The position numbers and the translations under genes were made by a program. Positions 53,385 through 64,000 of a stretch of 64,000 nt of DNA are shown here, piece by piece. The notes beneath the pieces are model-generated. The model did no database searches and was not told the DNA's origin. It saw only the letters and a program-made list of their open reading frames with translations. The stretch covers positions 91,450,001-91,514,000 of the forward strand of contig OX597814.1 in NCBI GenBank assembly GCA_951406725.2, read 5' to 3'. Each line of letters starts with the position of its first letter. Positions within the stretch are counted from its first letter, which is position 1. This stretch comes from Octopus vulgaris (Eukaryota).

Positions 53385-54405
53385 ACACGACAGACTTCTT
53401 TCAGTTTCTGTCTACCAAATTCACCGACAAGACTTTGGTCGGCCTGAGGCTATAGTAGAAGATATTTGCTCAAGTTACCAAACGGTGGGACTGAATCCAG
53501 AACCATGTGATTGGAAAGTAGGCTTCTTTACTTCATCAAATTAGCCATAAAGGCTTTACATAGATGGAAGCAAATGCGGGCTGGACAACAACACAAATGA
53601 AATGAATGATGAGTAAAATAATGATATTCATGAGAGAAGCAGACAAAACCCGCCGATTGCTGCTTCCCGAAAACATTCTTCTTCTTTCTCTTTTATATAA
53701 ACAAATTGCGGTTATAGATTTCTTACAATAGTTCAATGAAGGTTCCTTTCAAATCAGGCTCTAAGCCTCTGACATTTTCCTCAAATGGACTCCACACCCT
53801 TACAAAATGAGGTACTAAGCCTCTTACCTTTTTACAACTCGAGCTATTGAAGCTTCTTTATTCTATGCCCGACTAGGCACACTGCCTCAAGTCGGGACGT
53901 TTTAGGATAAATTTAAATATAAGCCCGGGAAAGGAGTTCATTATCCTGCACAAGTCAGTTTCCTCTATGACCTCTGCAGCCACCTACGAAGGCCAGTCAG
54001 TTTCCTCAGTGCAGGACAGAACTCCTGCCCTCCGGCTTTTTTTTTGTCACCTATTTTACGAAGTTCTCTATTGCCCCTCCCTTGTGAAAGAAGAATAAAA
54101 ATTCCTCGCCTATCACATAGGAAGGGGCCACAGCTTCTCCATATATCATCAAACGAAAAAGAAGAAAAACAGGGCATTGCCGGCGGTTACTATCACACTG
54201 TCGGCATGTCCCGAAACCCCGTCCGTGGGAATTTGTGCCACCGACGGAAGAAGCTGTGGCCCCTTCCTATGTGATAGGCGAGGAATTGTGCTTTCTTCAA
54301 TCCAAACAAGAAAGCACAAAAAAACACACAAAAAAACACAACAACGCGAGGACGTGGAACAAATATAGTATTATTGGACGCTCAGGAAAAGAGGAAAGAA
54401 GGAGG

Positions 54406-54440
54406 GTTTAACGTTTCGAGCGGAGCTCTTCGTCGAAAAC
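54406..54440 (-). ncRNA. Degenerate minimal hammerhead in the 3' pLTR
   Basis: GUUU-UCGACGA-A-GAGC-UCC-GCUC-GAAA-CG-UU-AAAC; the core deviates from CUGANGA. Confidence 0.55.
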
Positions 54441-55316
54441 ATAGGAGAAGGAAAGATCCAGAGAAGGGAAGACAGAGGGAAAAATATCACCAACGGTACA
54501 CACGAGGTCACATTTTGAAAGATCGGAAGGAAAAGGGTGAAGAAAGATGTTTTCAAAGACAGAAGAGTAGTATTGTCAAAGACAGCAGAATGGTAGAGGG
54601 GAAATATATGTGTAAGTGTGGATATGTGCGTGCGCGGAGGTCTGCGTGTGCGTGCGTGTGTGTATGTGTGCAATGATGACACATGTGTGTGTGCGTGCGT
54701 TTGTGTGTGCGTGTGTGTGTGTATGTGTGTGTGGTTGTGGCTGTAAACAAAGGGCTAGTAGTAGGGCTAGTTTGTAGGGCTAGTAGAATAAGGAGTGGTG
54801 TTTCTTTGTCCCTGCCACAGGTCAGTACTGTTACTTTGAAGTATGTGTGTGTGTGTTTTGTTTGTAGTGTGTGTGTGTATGTATGTGTGTGTTCGTGTGT
54901 GTATGCGTAGAGTTCGGGTGTGTGGCGAATAACTGTGCTTTTCTTACTTATGTGTGCGTGTGTGCTTGTATGTGCGTATGTATGTATACATGTATGTATT
55001 ATTGTGTGCTTGCATGTATAATTGTGTGCCGTGTGTATGGGATGTGTGTGTGGATTCATTTGTGTGTGTGTCTGTATGTATGTGCATGCGTGTCGTATGT
55101 GCGTGTTGTTGTGTGTGCGTGTACGTGTGCGTGTACGTGTGCGTATGTATGTGTGTGTGTGTAAGCGTACATGGATGTATATGCGTGTATACGTGGGGTT
55201 GTGAGTTTTGGGTGTGTACATTGGTGTGCGTGTGTGCGTGCGTATGTGTGCGCATGTTTATGTGTGCGTATGTGTGTGTGTGTGTCTGTACCTATATGTG
55301 TATACGTATGTGTATA

Positions 55317-55545
55317 AGGCGGCAAGCTGGCAGAAATGTTAGAACGCCGGGCGAAATGCGTAGCCGTATTTCGTCTGCCGTTACGTTCTGGGTTCAAATT
55401 CCGCCGTGGTCGACTTTGCCTTTCATCCTTTCGGGGTCTATAAATTAAGTACCAGTTACACACTGGGGTCGATGTAATCGACTTAATCCGTTTGTCTGTC
55501 CTCGTTTGCCCCCTCTGCGTTTAGTCCCTTGTGGGTAGTAAAGAA
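55317..55545 (+). mobile_element. SINE family B (tRNA-like head plus Meta-domain-like core) nested in the Penelope 3' UTR. Other copies near 640-842, 1985-2165, 18560-18770, 26395-26770, 28825-28990, 34585-34745, 37020-37400 and 46647-46860
   Basis: GGCGGCAAGCTGGCAGAA...GGTTCAAATTCCGCC..GGTCGACTTTGCCTTTCATCCTTTCGGGGTC..AAATTAAGTACCAG. Confidence 0.8.
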
Positions 55546-56599
55546 ATATATATGTGTATACGTATGTGTGTGCGTGCGTGCGTGCGAGTGAATGTATGTA
55601 TACATGTGCGTGTGTGTACAAATGTAGAGGTTTATATGTGTGTATATATATGTATGCACGCACATACGTTGTAATTGAAAGATTGATGGAAAATATTCGT
55701 GTGGGTGTATGTGAATCCACACGCACACACATACATACACTGACACACGCCTGCAATACAGCCAACCTCATATGTATGTATGTATGTATGTATGTGTGTG
55801 TGTGTGAATGTATGCGCGTGTGTGTGTGTTTTTTTTTGAGTTGTGTGGTCGTAATGTGCGTGCGTGTGTGCGCTTACGTGCGTGCATGTGTGTGTGTGTG
55901 TCTGTGCCCATGTGTGTATAAGTGTGTGCGTATTTGTATGAGTACTGTTTGTTGGAGGTATATGTGGGAATCTGTGCTGGTGTGTGTGTATGTACGTGTG
56001 TATGTGTGTGTGCGTGTATCGTGTGCGTATGTACGTGCGTGTATGTGACCGTGGAGATGTGTGTCAGGTTGTGTTCATTTTAATGTGTGTACGCGCGTGT
56101 CCTTGAGTATGTGAGTGTATGTGGCTATGTGTACGTTTATGTGTGTGTGTCTAAAGGTATATGTGTGTGTCTAAAGGTATATGTCTAAAGGTTTGTGTGT
56201 CTGTGTATGCTGGATGGGATAGGTTAGGTTTCTGTGCATTCTTGTGCGTGTGTGTGCGTTTGTGTACGTGTGTGTGTGCACGGGCATATGTGTGTGTGCG
56301 CGTGAGTGTGTGTGGGTGGGTGTAATTTTGTGTGTGTGCGTGTGTGTATATGTGTGGAAGTATGTGTGCGTATATGTGCGTGTATGTTGGATGTGTGTGG
56401 TGTGTTGGAAGTATGTGTGTGTTCGTGGATACGTGAGTATGTGTGTGTATGTGTTTCTGTATAAGGACAATAATTTATAAAAACAATAAAATAATAAAAA
56501 AACAATAAATAATATAAAAGACGTAATAGCACGTAAGGAAAGGAATGAAAAAAAAATTGCTTGTTGCGGGAGGTGGGGCGCAGTCACTAAGAGGAGGGG

Positions 56600-59555
56600 G
56601 CTGTGTTGAGTCCGTGCGTGAAGCCTGGATTGTGGAGGAACGTTGCGTGGGGGCGAGACCAAACACAGTGATGTCATCGGGGGAATGGCTGGCCGAGCAG
56701 AAGTGACGTGCAACGCGAGAATTGGAACGCAGCCGGATATCCCTTAGATGTTCGGCGAATCTGTCGGCCAACCGGCGACCCGTCTGTCCTACATACAGCA
56801 TCCCGCAGAGGTTGCATTTTATGCAATATATGGGACCAGACGAAGTGCACGTAAAAGAATGTCTAATACGTACAGTTCGCTGGTTGGAACCGGTGACAGC
56901 AGTGGTGTTGGTGATGAAGGGGCAGGTGTTGCAGAGGGATCTGGAGCACGGGAAGGATCCACATAGGGCCGAGGGGGAAGAAGGGAGGGTACTACGGACC
57001 AGGAGATCGAGTAGATTCCGGGCTCGTTTGAAAGAGGACAGGGGTGGGTTGGGGAAGATGGGGCGGGTCCTGGGATCGAGCTGGAGACGACGGAAGGCAC
57101 ACGTAGTATCTTCCGACGAAGGGGTAAAGTGGAGGGTGGAAAAGGAGGGGAAGGGGTGTGCGGTTGGGGGTTGGTGAGAGGAAAGAGAAAGGGCGGTGGT
57201 GCGGTCGATGCGACGAGCGCGGGCAAGGGCGTTCAACGCCAGGGTTGGTGGGTATCCTCGATGCCTGAACAGGCGAGCCAGGTACTGAGACTGGGTCTCG
57301 AAATCCTGGTCGCGGCTGCACAAGTGTCGGAGGCGGAGGAACTGGGAGTAGGGGATGGCCCGTTTGGTGTGGAAGGGATGGGAGGAGGAGAAGTTGAGAT
57401 AGAGGTGGGAATCCGTGGGTTTGAAGAAGGCGGAGGTGGTGAGAGAGTGGGAGGGGTGGTCGATATCAAGGAAGTTAACAGAGGTATTGGAGATAATGGA
57501 AGTGAATTGGAGAGAGGGGTGGAAGTTAGAGAGGAAAGAGATGAAGTGGCAGAGTTGTTCGCGGGAAAGGGAGGTGGCGCCTATGCAGTCATCTATGTAG
57601 CGACGGTATAGTTCTGGGGTCGACCCGGAGAATTGGGAGAATACTTGGACCTCAATGTAGCCAACAAAGAGATTGGTGAAATTGGGGCCCATTCTCTTTC
57701 CCATCGCGACCCCAGACAGCTGTTGGTACGTTTCCCCGGCGAACGTGAAACAGTTGAGAGTGAGGACGAGCTCTTCCAGGCGGAGAAGGGTGGGGGTGCT
57801 AAGGGTGTGTTCGGGACGACGGTCGAGGAAGTATTGGAGGGTTAAAAGACCGACGTTGTGGGGAATTACAGTGTAAAGGGATTTGATGTCTAAGGTGAAG
57901 AGGAGGTGTGAGGGGCTGGAAGGGAAGGAAAAGGAATTGAAGAGACGGAGGGCGTGGTTAGTGTCATGTATGTGGGATGGGAGGGCAGCGACTAAGGGGA
58001 CAGGATGCGATCGAGGTATAGGGAAATGTGTTCAGTGGGGCAATTAGAGGCGGGAACGATGGGGCGGCCAGGGTTATTGAGTTTATGAATTTTGGGAAGG
58101 AAATAGATGGTGGAGATTCGGAGTGTACGGACGATGAGGTTGGTGGCCGTGGGGGAGAGCAGAAGAGGAGATGAGGTCGTGGATGGTGGATGACACTCGC
58201 TGTTGGTAGGAAGAGGTGGGATCGGAGGGGAGGAGGCGATAGAAGAGGGGATTTTGAAGCTGGCTGAGCGCTTCCTGCCTGTATAGGTCCGCGCACCACA
58301 CCACCACTGCTCCGCCTTTGTCTGCCGGTCTGAATACGATGTCATTGCGGGGACGGAGGTTGCGAAGGGCAATCAATTCAGCCCGAGGAAGGTTGTGAAG
58401 GAGAGGTCATTTTTTGGAGTTAAACTGGTTGACCAACTCATTGCAGTCGTTCACAAAAAAATCTAGGCTACTGAATTGGCCTGGGGGCGGCGTCCCGTTG
58501 GATGGGCGGCGCCCCAGCTCCAAAAAGCAATCCTAATTGTCGTGACGCTGTGGGGACGCGTGGAAAAATGCGCAAAGTTTGAGGCGGCGCAGGAAGTGGT
58601 TGACGTCGGTCCGTGTCTCAAATTCGTCACAGTGGCGCGTGAGAGGCGTGAAGCGGAGTCCCTTACTGAGGAGAGAGCGCTCGGCAGCGGAGAGGGGGAG
58701 ATTGGGGGTTATAGGGACAACAGTGTGAGGAAACAGGGTGGTGGGATGAGTAGAATCAGGAAAAGGGGGTGCAGAGGTGTGGGGAGGAGAGTTGGGATGG
58801 TTGGGTGAAGATGGGGTAGGCGTAGGAAGGTCAGGGTGGGGTGTGGGGGTCTGTGGAGGGGGCAGGGGTTGTGAGATGGGAGGGAGTCGGGGGAGCTGGA
58901 GGGGAGGATGTAGGGGATGGGGAGGGGAAGGAAGTGAAGGGTTGAGGAGGTGGTGGAGTTTTTCGTTTTTTGTGTGTGTGAGGAAATTGTGGAGTTGGTG
59001 GTTGAGATTAAGAATGAAGCAGAGAATAGGTTGGGTGTAGAGTGGAGGGCAGAGGGAGGAGAGAAGGAGGTAAGCCTGGGGAAGTTGCTGGTCAAGGGAG
59101 TGAAGGAGGAAGCGGGTGGAACGGATGGTGGCACGGATGAGGAGGCGGGAAGTGCGGGCGAGGGTGGGTTCGATGAGGGGGGAGGAATAGGAGGTGGCGT
59201 GGAACTTCAAGAGGAAGCCACGGGGTGTGACGTGATGGCGGAGGCAACGGCTAAGAAAGGAGAGATGGCTAGAGTGGCGAGTTTTTTTAAAAAAGTAAGT
59301 GAGAAAGTTTTTTTGCGGGTTGCAAGCATTGGGGAAAAAAAGCGAGAAAACCGTAAAGGGATTGAAGGTGTTGGAGGAACGAGTGCAAGTCAGGCATGTT
59401 GAGAAGTGGTGAATGTCTGTGTAGGTGTAAGTAGTGGCGACACAAGGGGAAAAATGGAGGTAGAAGAAGAAAGGTAAAAAAGGACGAGGAAAAAGTATGA
59501 GAAAAAAGTACAAGGAAAACGTGGAAGAGTCACGGACAAATTTTTTGATTTCCAA
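56600..59555 (-). pseudogene. Frameshifted Penelope N-terminal/RT/GIY-YIG coding region
   Basis: Conserved motifs are spread across ORFs 58533-59555, 58083-58376, 57992-58372 and 56475-57704 in different frames. Confidence 0.88.
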
Positions 59556-59773
59556 TCACGATTTCAGTAGCGTACTCCGGAAGAATGGTAATAGTAATCC
59601 GTAGGTGTAAAAATCCAGGAATTGGTATCCAAGGCACTCAGAGGGCCGGGGTCCGTGTGGGCGTGCGGTATATAAAGTTAATCCAAACAAGAAAGCACAA
59701 AAAAACACACAACGCGAGGATGTGGAACAAATATAGTATTATTGGACGCTCAGGAAAAGAGGAAAGAAGGAGG

Positions 59774-59808
59774 GTTTAACGTTTCGAGCGGAGCTCTTCG
59801 TCGAAAAC
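59774..59808 (-). ncRNA. Degenerate minimal hammerhead in the 5' pLTR
   Basis: Identical to the 54406-54440 motif. Confidence 0.55.
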
Positions 59809-60301
59809 ATAGGACAATGAAAGATCCAGAGAAGGGAAGACAGAGGGAAGAAAATCGCCAACACGGGGTCACATTTTGAAAGACCGGAAGGAAAAGTGTG
59901 AAGAAAGATGTTTTCAAAGACAGAAGAGTAGTATTGTCAAAGACAGCAGAATGGTAGAGGAGGAATGTGTGTGTAAGTGTGGATATGTGCGCGCGTGTGT
60001 GTGTGTATGTGTGCAATGATGATACACGTGTGTGTGTGTGTGTGCGTATGTGTGTGTGGTCTTGGCTAAAGATGTTTTATAAACACATTCTACCAGTATA
60101 CAAAGTTTAAAAGTTTTTAGTTACCTCGAAATTATGTTAAAAACTGCCGTTCAAAAGGAAAAAAAACTACATTTGTGTACATATGACTATGGGGCTAAGA
60201 AGGTTGCTTTCCAGCCACATGGTTTTGAATTAAGTCCCACTGCATGGTACAATGGGCAAATGTCCGCTACTATCGAGCCAGGCAGATCAAAGCCTTGTAA
60301 G

Positions 60302-60403
<102 letters not shown>

Positions 60404-62869
60404 GATGGTAAAATTCTTTTTTGCCAAACCGGTAAGTTACGTGGACGTAAAAATACCGATCCGGTTGTCAAGCGGCGAGGGGGAGCAAACGCAGACACAA
60501 GTACATTCACATGCGTACGCACAAACATAGACATATATATTTACGACGTGTTTCTTTCAATTTCCACGTACCAAATCCAATCGTAAAGTTTTACTCGAAC
60601 TGAAGTTACACTAGAAGACACTTGCCCAAGTGCCACGCAGTAGAATTGAACACAGAACCTTATAATTGGGGAGCAAACTTCTTACCACACAGTCACGCCT
60701 AGTGATCATAAGGTAAAAAAAAAATAGTGCTGATGGTTATTTCGCTTTTGTTCATCAACTATTCATTATATTTAGCAGTATTAACATATTGCTGCTGAAC
60801 AAAGTTATATGCAGTTAATTCTCCTATATTTAGACTAACGAGGATTTGTTTATTGCATGTTCCACAGATATAAAAGCAGAAAATATCTTGGAAAATGGAA
60901 TTTGAGAAGTTGTGACGTAAATCAGTTTTTATGAAATTGTCTCAATATGAAATCGGATGAGGATCCTAGTTAAACATTTCTGAAGAAACCATTCCGTGAA
61001 TTTCTATGAATAGCTATTAATATACACATAAAATTTCATTTGATAGAAATTTTTTAATACTCACATAAATTTCTTGTTATATGTGTCTCTGTAATTGCAT
61101 CTGTGCCTCTACGCGCGCAGGTGTTACTTATAGATGTGTTGGTGGGGAATACATGTAATACTGAAGCTTGTGTTTGTTATAATATCACAGTCATACATAT
61201 GTATATATATGTATACATATGTATATATAAAATAAATAGCATGTTACCTATATATATATGACTTGTCTACAGAGGTACATAAATATCAAATGAATACTCA
61301 TTCAATAAATTATGTAAGGATATTAGTAAGAGATTGACCTCACTTAAGCGTATAGACACACAACATGGTGATCGATAAGTCAGCCGTCCATCGTTTCTGC
61401 TATTCTGCAAACATTTAGAAATTTGATCTGTATATAACTTTTGGCTCATGTAGCAGAGATCGTTAGAGGTCATCGACACGCAATGTGGTTTCAAATCTGC
61501 TTTATACTTATTTATTTAATTTAGCTGGAATACTCTTTAAAAACCTAAGCTGAAACAGTTAATGTTCTCGTGTCTTTATAAATAAATTTACTTGTTTTTT
61601 TTAATACCATCTTTTAAAATCAAAAACCAACAGAAAATAAATAAAACGTCCATTTGGCCTTTTATAATCATCGGTTCATAGTTTTAATCAATATTTTCCT
61701 ATCGGCCTTTATTCACTTCTTCCACACACAATCCCTAATTTCATCGCCACTGGTAATTCACAAGGTGCATGAATCAGATAACACATTGGATTATATTCGA
61801 TCATTTACCAAATAGTACACAAGAGATACAACTTCCATTGCTTTTCAATATTTCATAAAATATTATTTAATAAAAATTGATTCACATTATTATAATGCCA
61901 CAGATTTAGAGGGAAGAATGAAGTGTACGAGTGTTACTTTATCTTCCCGGAGAGTATACAGGGCAAAGTTGATACAGAGGCAAGAAAAACATTACATAGA
62001 AATTCAAGCTTTAAGATGTCCAATAACAGTTAGTATAATTACAAATGTAATTTAGTTTCATATTTTGAATTCACAATAAGTTACAATATATATTACAGCA
62101 CATTGTTTTTTCGTTCAATAGAAGTAACAAGATCGACCTCATTACAAACGCATCAATAAGAATTATATCGAAAATTTGATCTAAATTGTAGGTTGGATGG
62201 TAAGACATTCGAAAATTGTAATGTGGCAGAATCACAGCTACATAGAAATATAATATAAATCGAATATGTGCAATGGCAGTCGTGCAGAGCGATGGGGAAT
62301 AATACGAAATACCTAAAATAATACGGGTGATAATCCAGCATATAGTTAGAGGGTGGAGTTCCGAGTTCGAATGCAAAAGTAAGCTTTAAAACATGGCTTG
62401 AAGAAAATATACATTAGAAATAAATAAGGGAACAACTACATTTGACAAGTATAGTAGTTGCTTAATGTTGTAAGGGAAACGGTAAGCGCTTTAACTATTC
62501 AGATGTTTGGGTTCTATCAGATGAAAAGAATGACAGAAGCGGAGGGGCGGGAGAAAAAATAGAAGGGAAAAAAAGACGGAGGGTTAGAAATCAGGGGGAA
62601 ATGCTGATCTCAGGAAGGGAATTGAGAAAGAGAATATGGGTGAGTCGGTAAATGCAAGTATGCGAACGTAAAAAGATGCAACTAATAATAATAATAACAC
62701 ACACATACGCACTCACATACGAGTGTTTTATCGAAAGCATTGTATATTTGGCATAACAGCGTAAGTCGTCCAAATTTCAAATGTTAGTTTTAGTAAATTT
62801 TCCTTGTGTTCTTCCTTTGAGGTCAAATACTGGTTTCCAAGCAGAGCCAAAGTGCCGACATTGAATTAT

Positions 62870-63900
62870 CTTTGAAGGAAGTGTGCCAACACCCTCATCT
62901 TAACAAGCCGTTTACTAAGATGACATCACTGTCATTAGCAATGTACACACATCATCACCATACCAATTTGATGATTGGTATGGTGATCATCCATCATCAA
63001 TTTGATGGGAATACCAAAAGAGCGGAAACCATGAAGTGAGAGACTATTAACTGCAACTTTTAAAGCGGAAACACCACCAAAATTGACAACTGTGCTATAA
63101 TCCACGATTTGTTCAGTGGTCAACTTGCGTTACAGAAGATGGTGGAAATCTTCGTATATCGAAAAGTGTGGAAAGTGGGCTCCACGACTTCTGACAGGTA
63201 ATTTCAAGAAGATATTGTAAATGTTTGATACGCTGGAGGCATTTCAAACCGTTATAAACGCGTTTAATTTTTTCCAATATGGTGTCAGCAGAAGAAACGT
63301 GGGCGTATATTTATAATCAGGAAATAAAGGCTTTGTCAGTGTCATAGTGTCTTATCTTATCTACAAAGACTTAGAATTTTAATGGCCAACAATCGACACA
63401 TAGCGTCAGAATGACTGAGGTGATAACAAGAACGTCAATCTCTTTGATGTTCTCAAATATGGTTGCATTTAAAACAAAATAGCGAGCGATACATTGAGAT
63501 ACTAAAAAATCTTAGTGAAGCTGAAAGTATTCCATATTTACCATAACAATGCTTGATAGCACACGTTTTGGCAACGAATCAAGAATACTCCAGGACTTGC
63601 AAAACTCCTTATATGTCCAAGAAACTTACATGTTTCTCTGCACAACCACCTACATTGCTGATTTTAAAACTGCCGTTTGAGATGTCTGGATTATGTCATC
63701 TGCCGCCCTGCCCATTGCACAGCATAAAACTTGCTTAAGTGTTTTTTTTTAATGCACAAATGATTAATAACTTTGACAAATAACTAGTGACAAATGATTA
63801 GTAACTTTGATTCTGCGATGCAGTTCGAAATAATAGGATGCAGAAAGGAAGATCCACCTAGTTTATGAGTGACTATATTTATGTCCTGAATGTCCTACAT
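62870..63900 (+). mobile_element. Heavily decayed mariner-like transposase remnant (boundaries approximate)
   Basis: Fragments KWAPRLLT (cf. WVPRLLT), SAEETWAYIYNQEIK (cf. TGDETW.Y.YDPETK) and PCPLHSIKLA (cf. HPPYSPDLA). Confidence 0.6.
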
Positions 63901-64000
63901 TTTAACAATGGCTGACAATTACAACTAGAGAGGGCTGACAAAAGTAATTTCTCCCTGAAAGTTATTACCTTGAACATAATGTTATTACCTACTGACATTT

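Larger units (their letters stand above)
54299..60068 (-). mobile_element. Second Penelope-like element (Neptune-like Cys linker), decayed, with direct-repeat pLTRs
   Basis: Direct repeats at about 54299-54737 and 59680-60068. Frameshifted ORF pieces carry HLSFLSRCLR, LLSKGLRFTP, RPADKGGAVV, YFLPKIHK, RYIDD, PCSRSLCNTC, IYCIKCNLCGMLYVGQT. Confidence 0.92.

Overview
AT-rich, microsatellite-dense eukaryotic DNA. The SINE families and (TA)n/(CA)n/(ATAC)n/(AAT)n load look like an octopus or other cephalopod genome; this is inferred from repeat recognition, not proven. There is one host gene, which I assembled by hand from three coding exons (12010-12237, 19135-19399, 21031-23633; canonical GT-AG, matching phases, 1031 aa). 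It encodes a secreted protein with an unannotated lysozyme-like-looking N-terminal domain, nine 4-Cys peritrophin-A/ChtBD2-like repeats and Thr/Pro-rich linkers. The rest is mostly mobile DNA: a young Penelope-like element (RT+GIY-YIG) with a 1.38-kb inverted duplicate and a candidate -1 ribosomal frameshift; a second, decayed Penelope-like element with pLTRs; a full-length decayed mariner plus Tc1/mariner fragments and a MITE; R4/Dong, CR1-like and L1/Tx1 LINE fragments; non-autonomous Helitrons; and many SINEs. The most striking unexplained layer is a set of about ten minimal hammerhead-ribozyme-like motifs. They sit in autonomous Penelope elements, in solo pLTRs and in a tRNA-headed (Pol III) SINE-like element, and several hosts share the same 'inverted 3-prime copy at the 5-prime end' architecture. 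Most short ORFs in the track are microsatellite artefacts.
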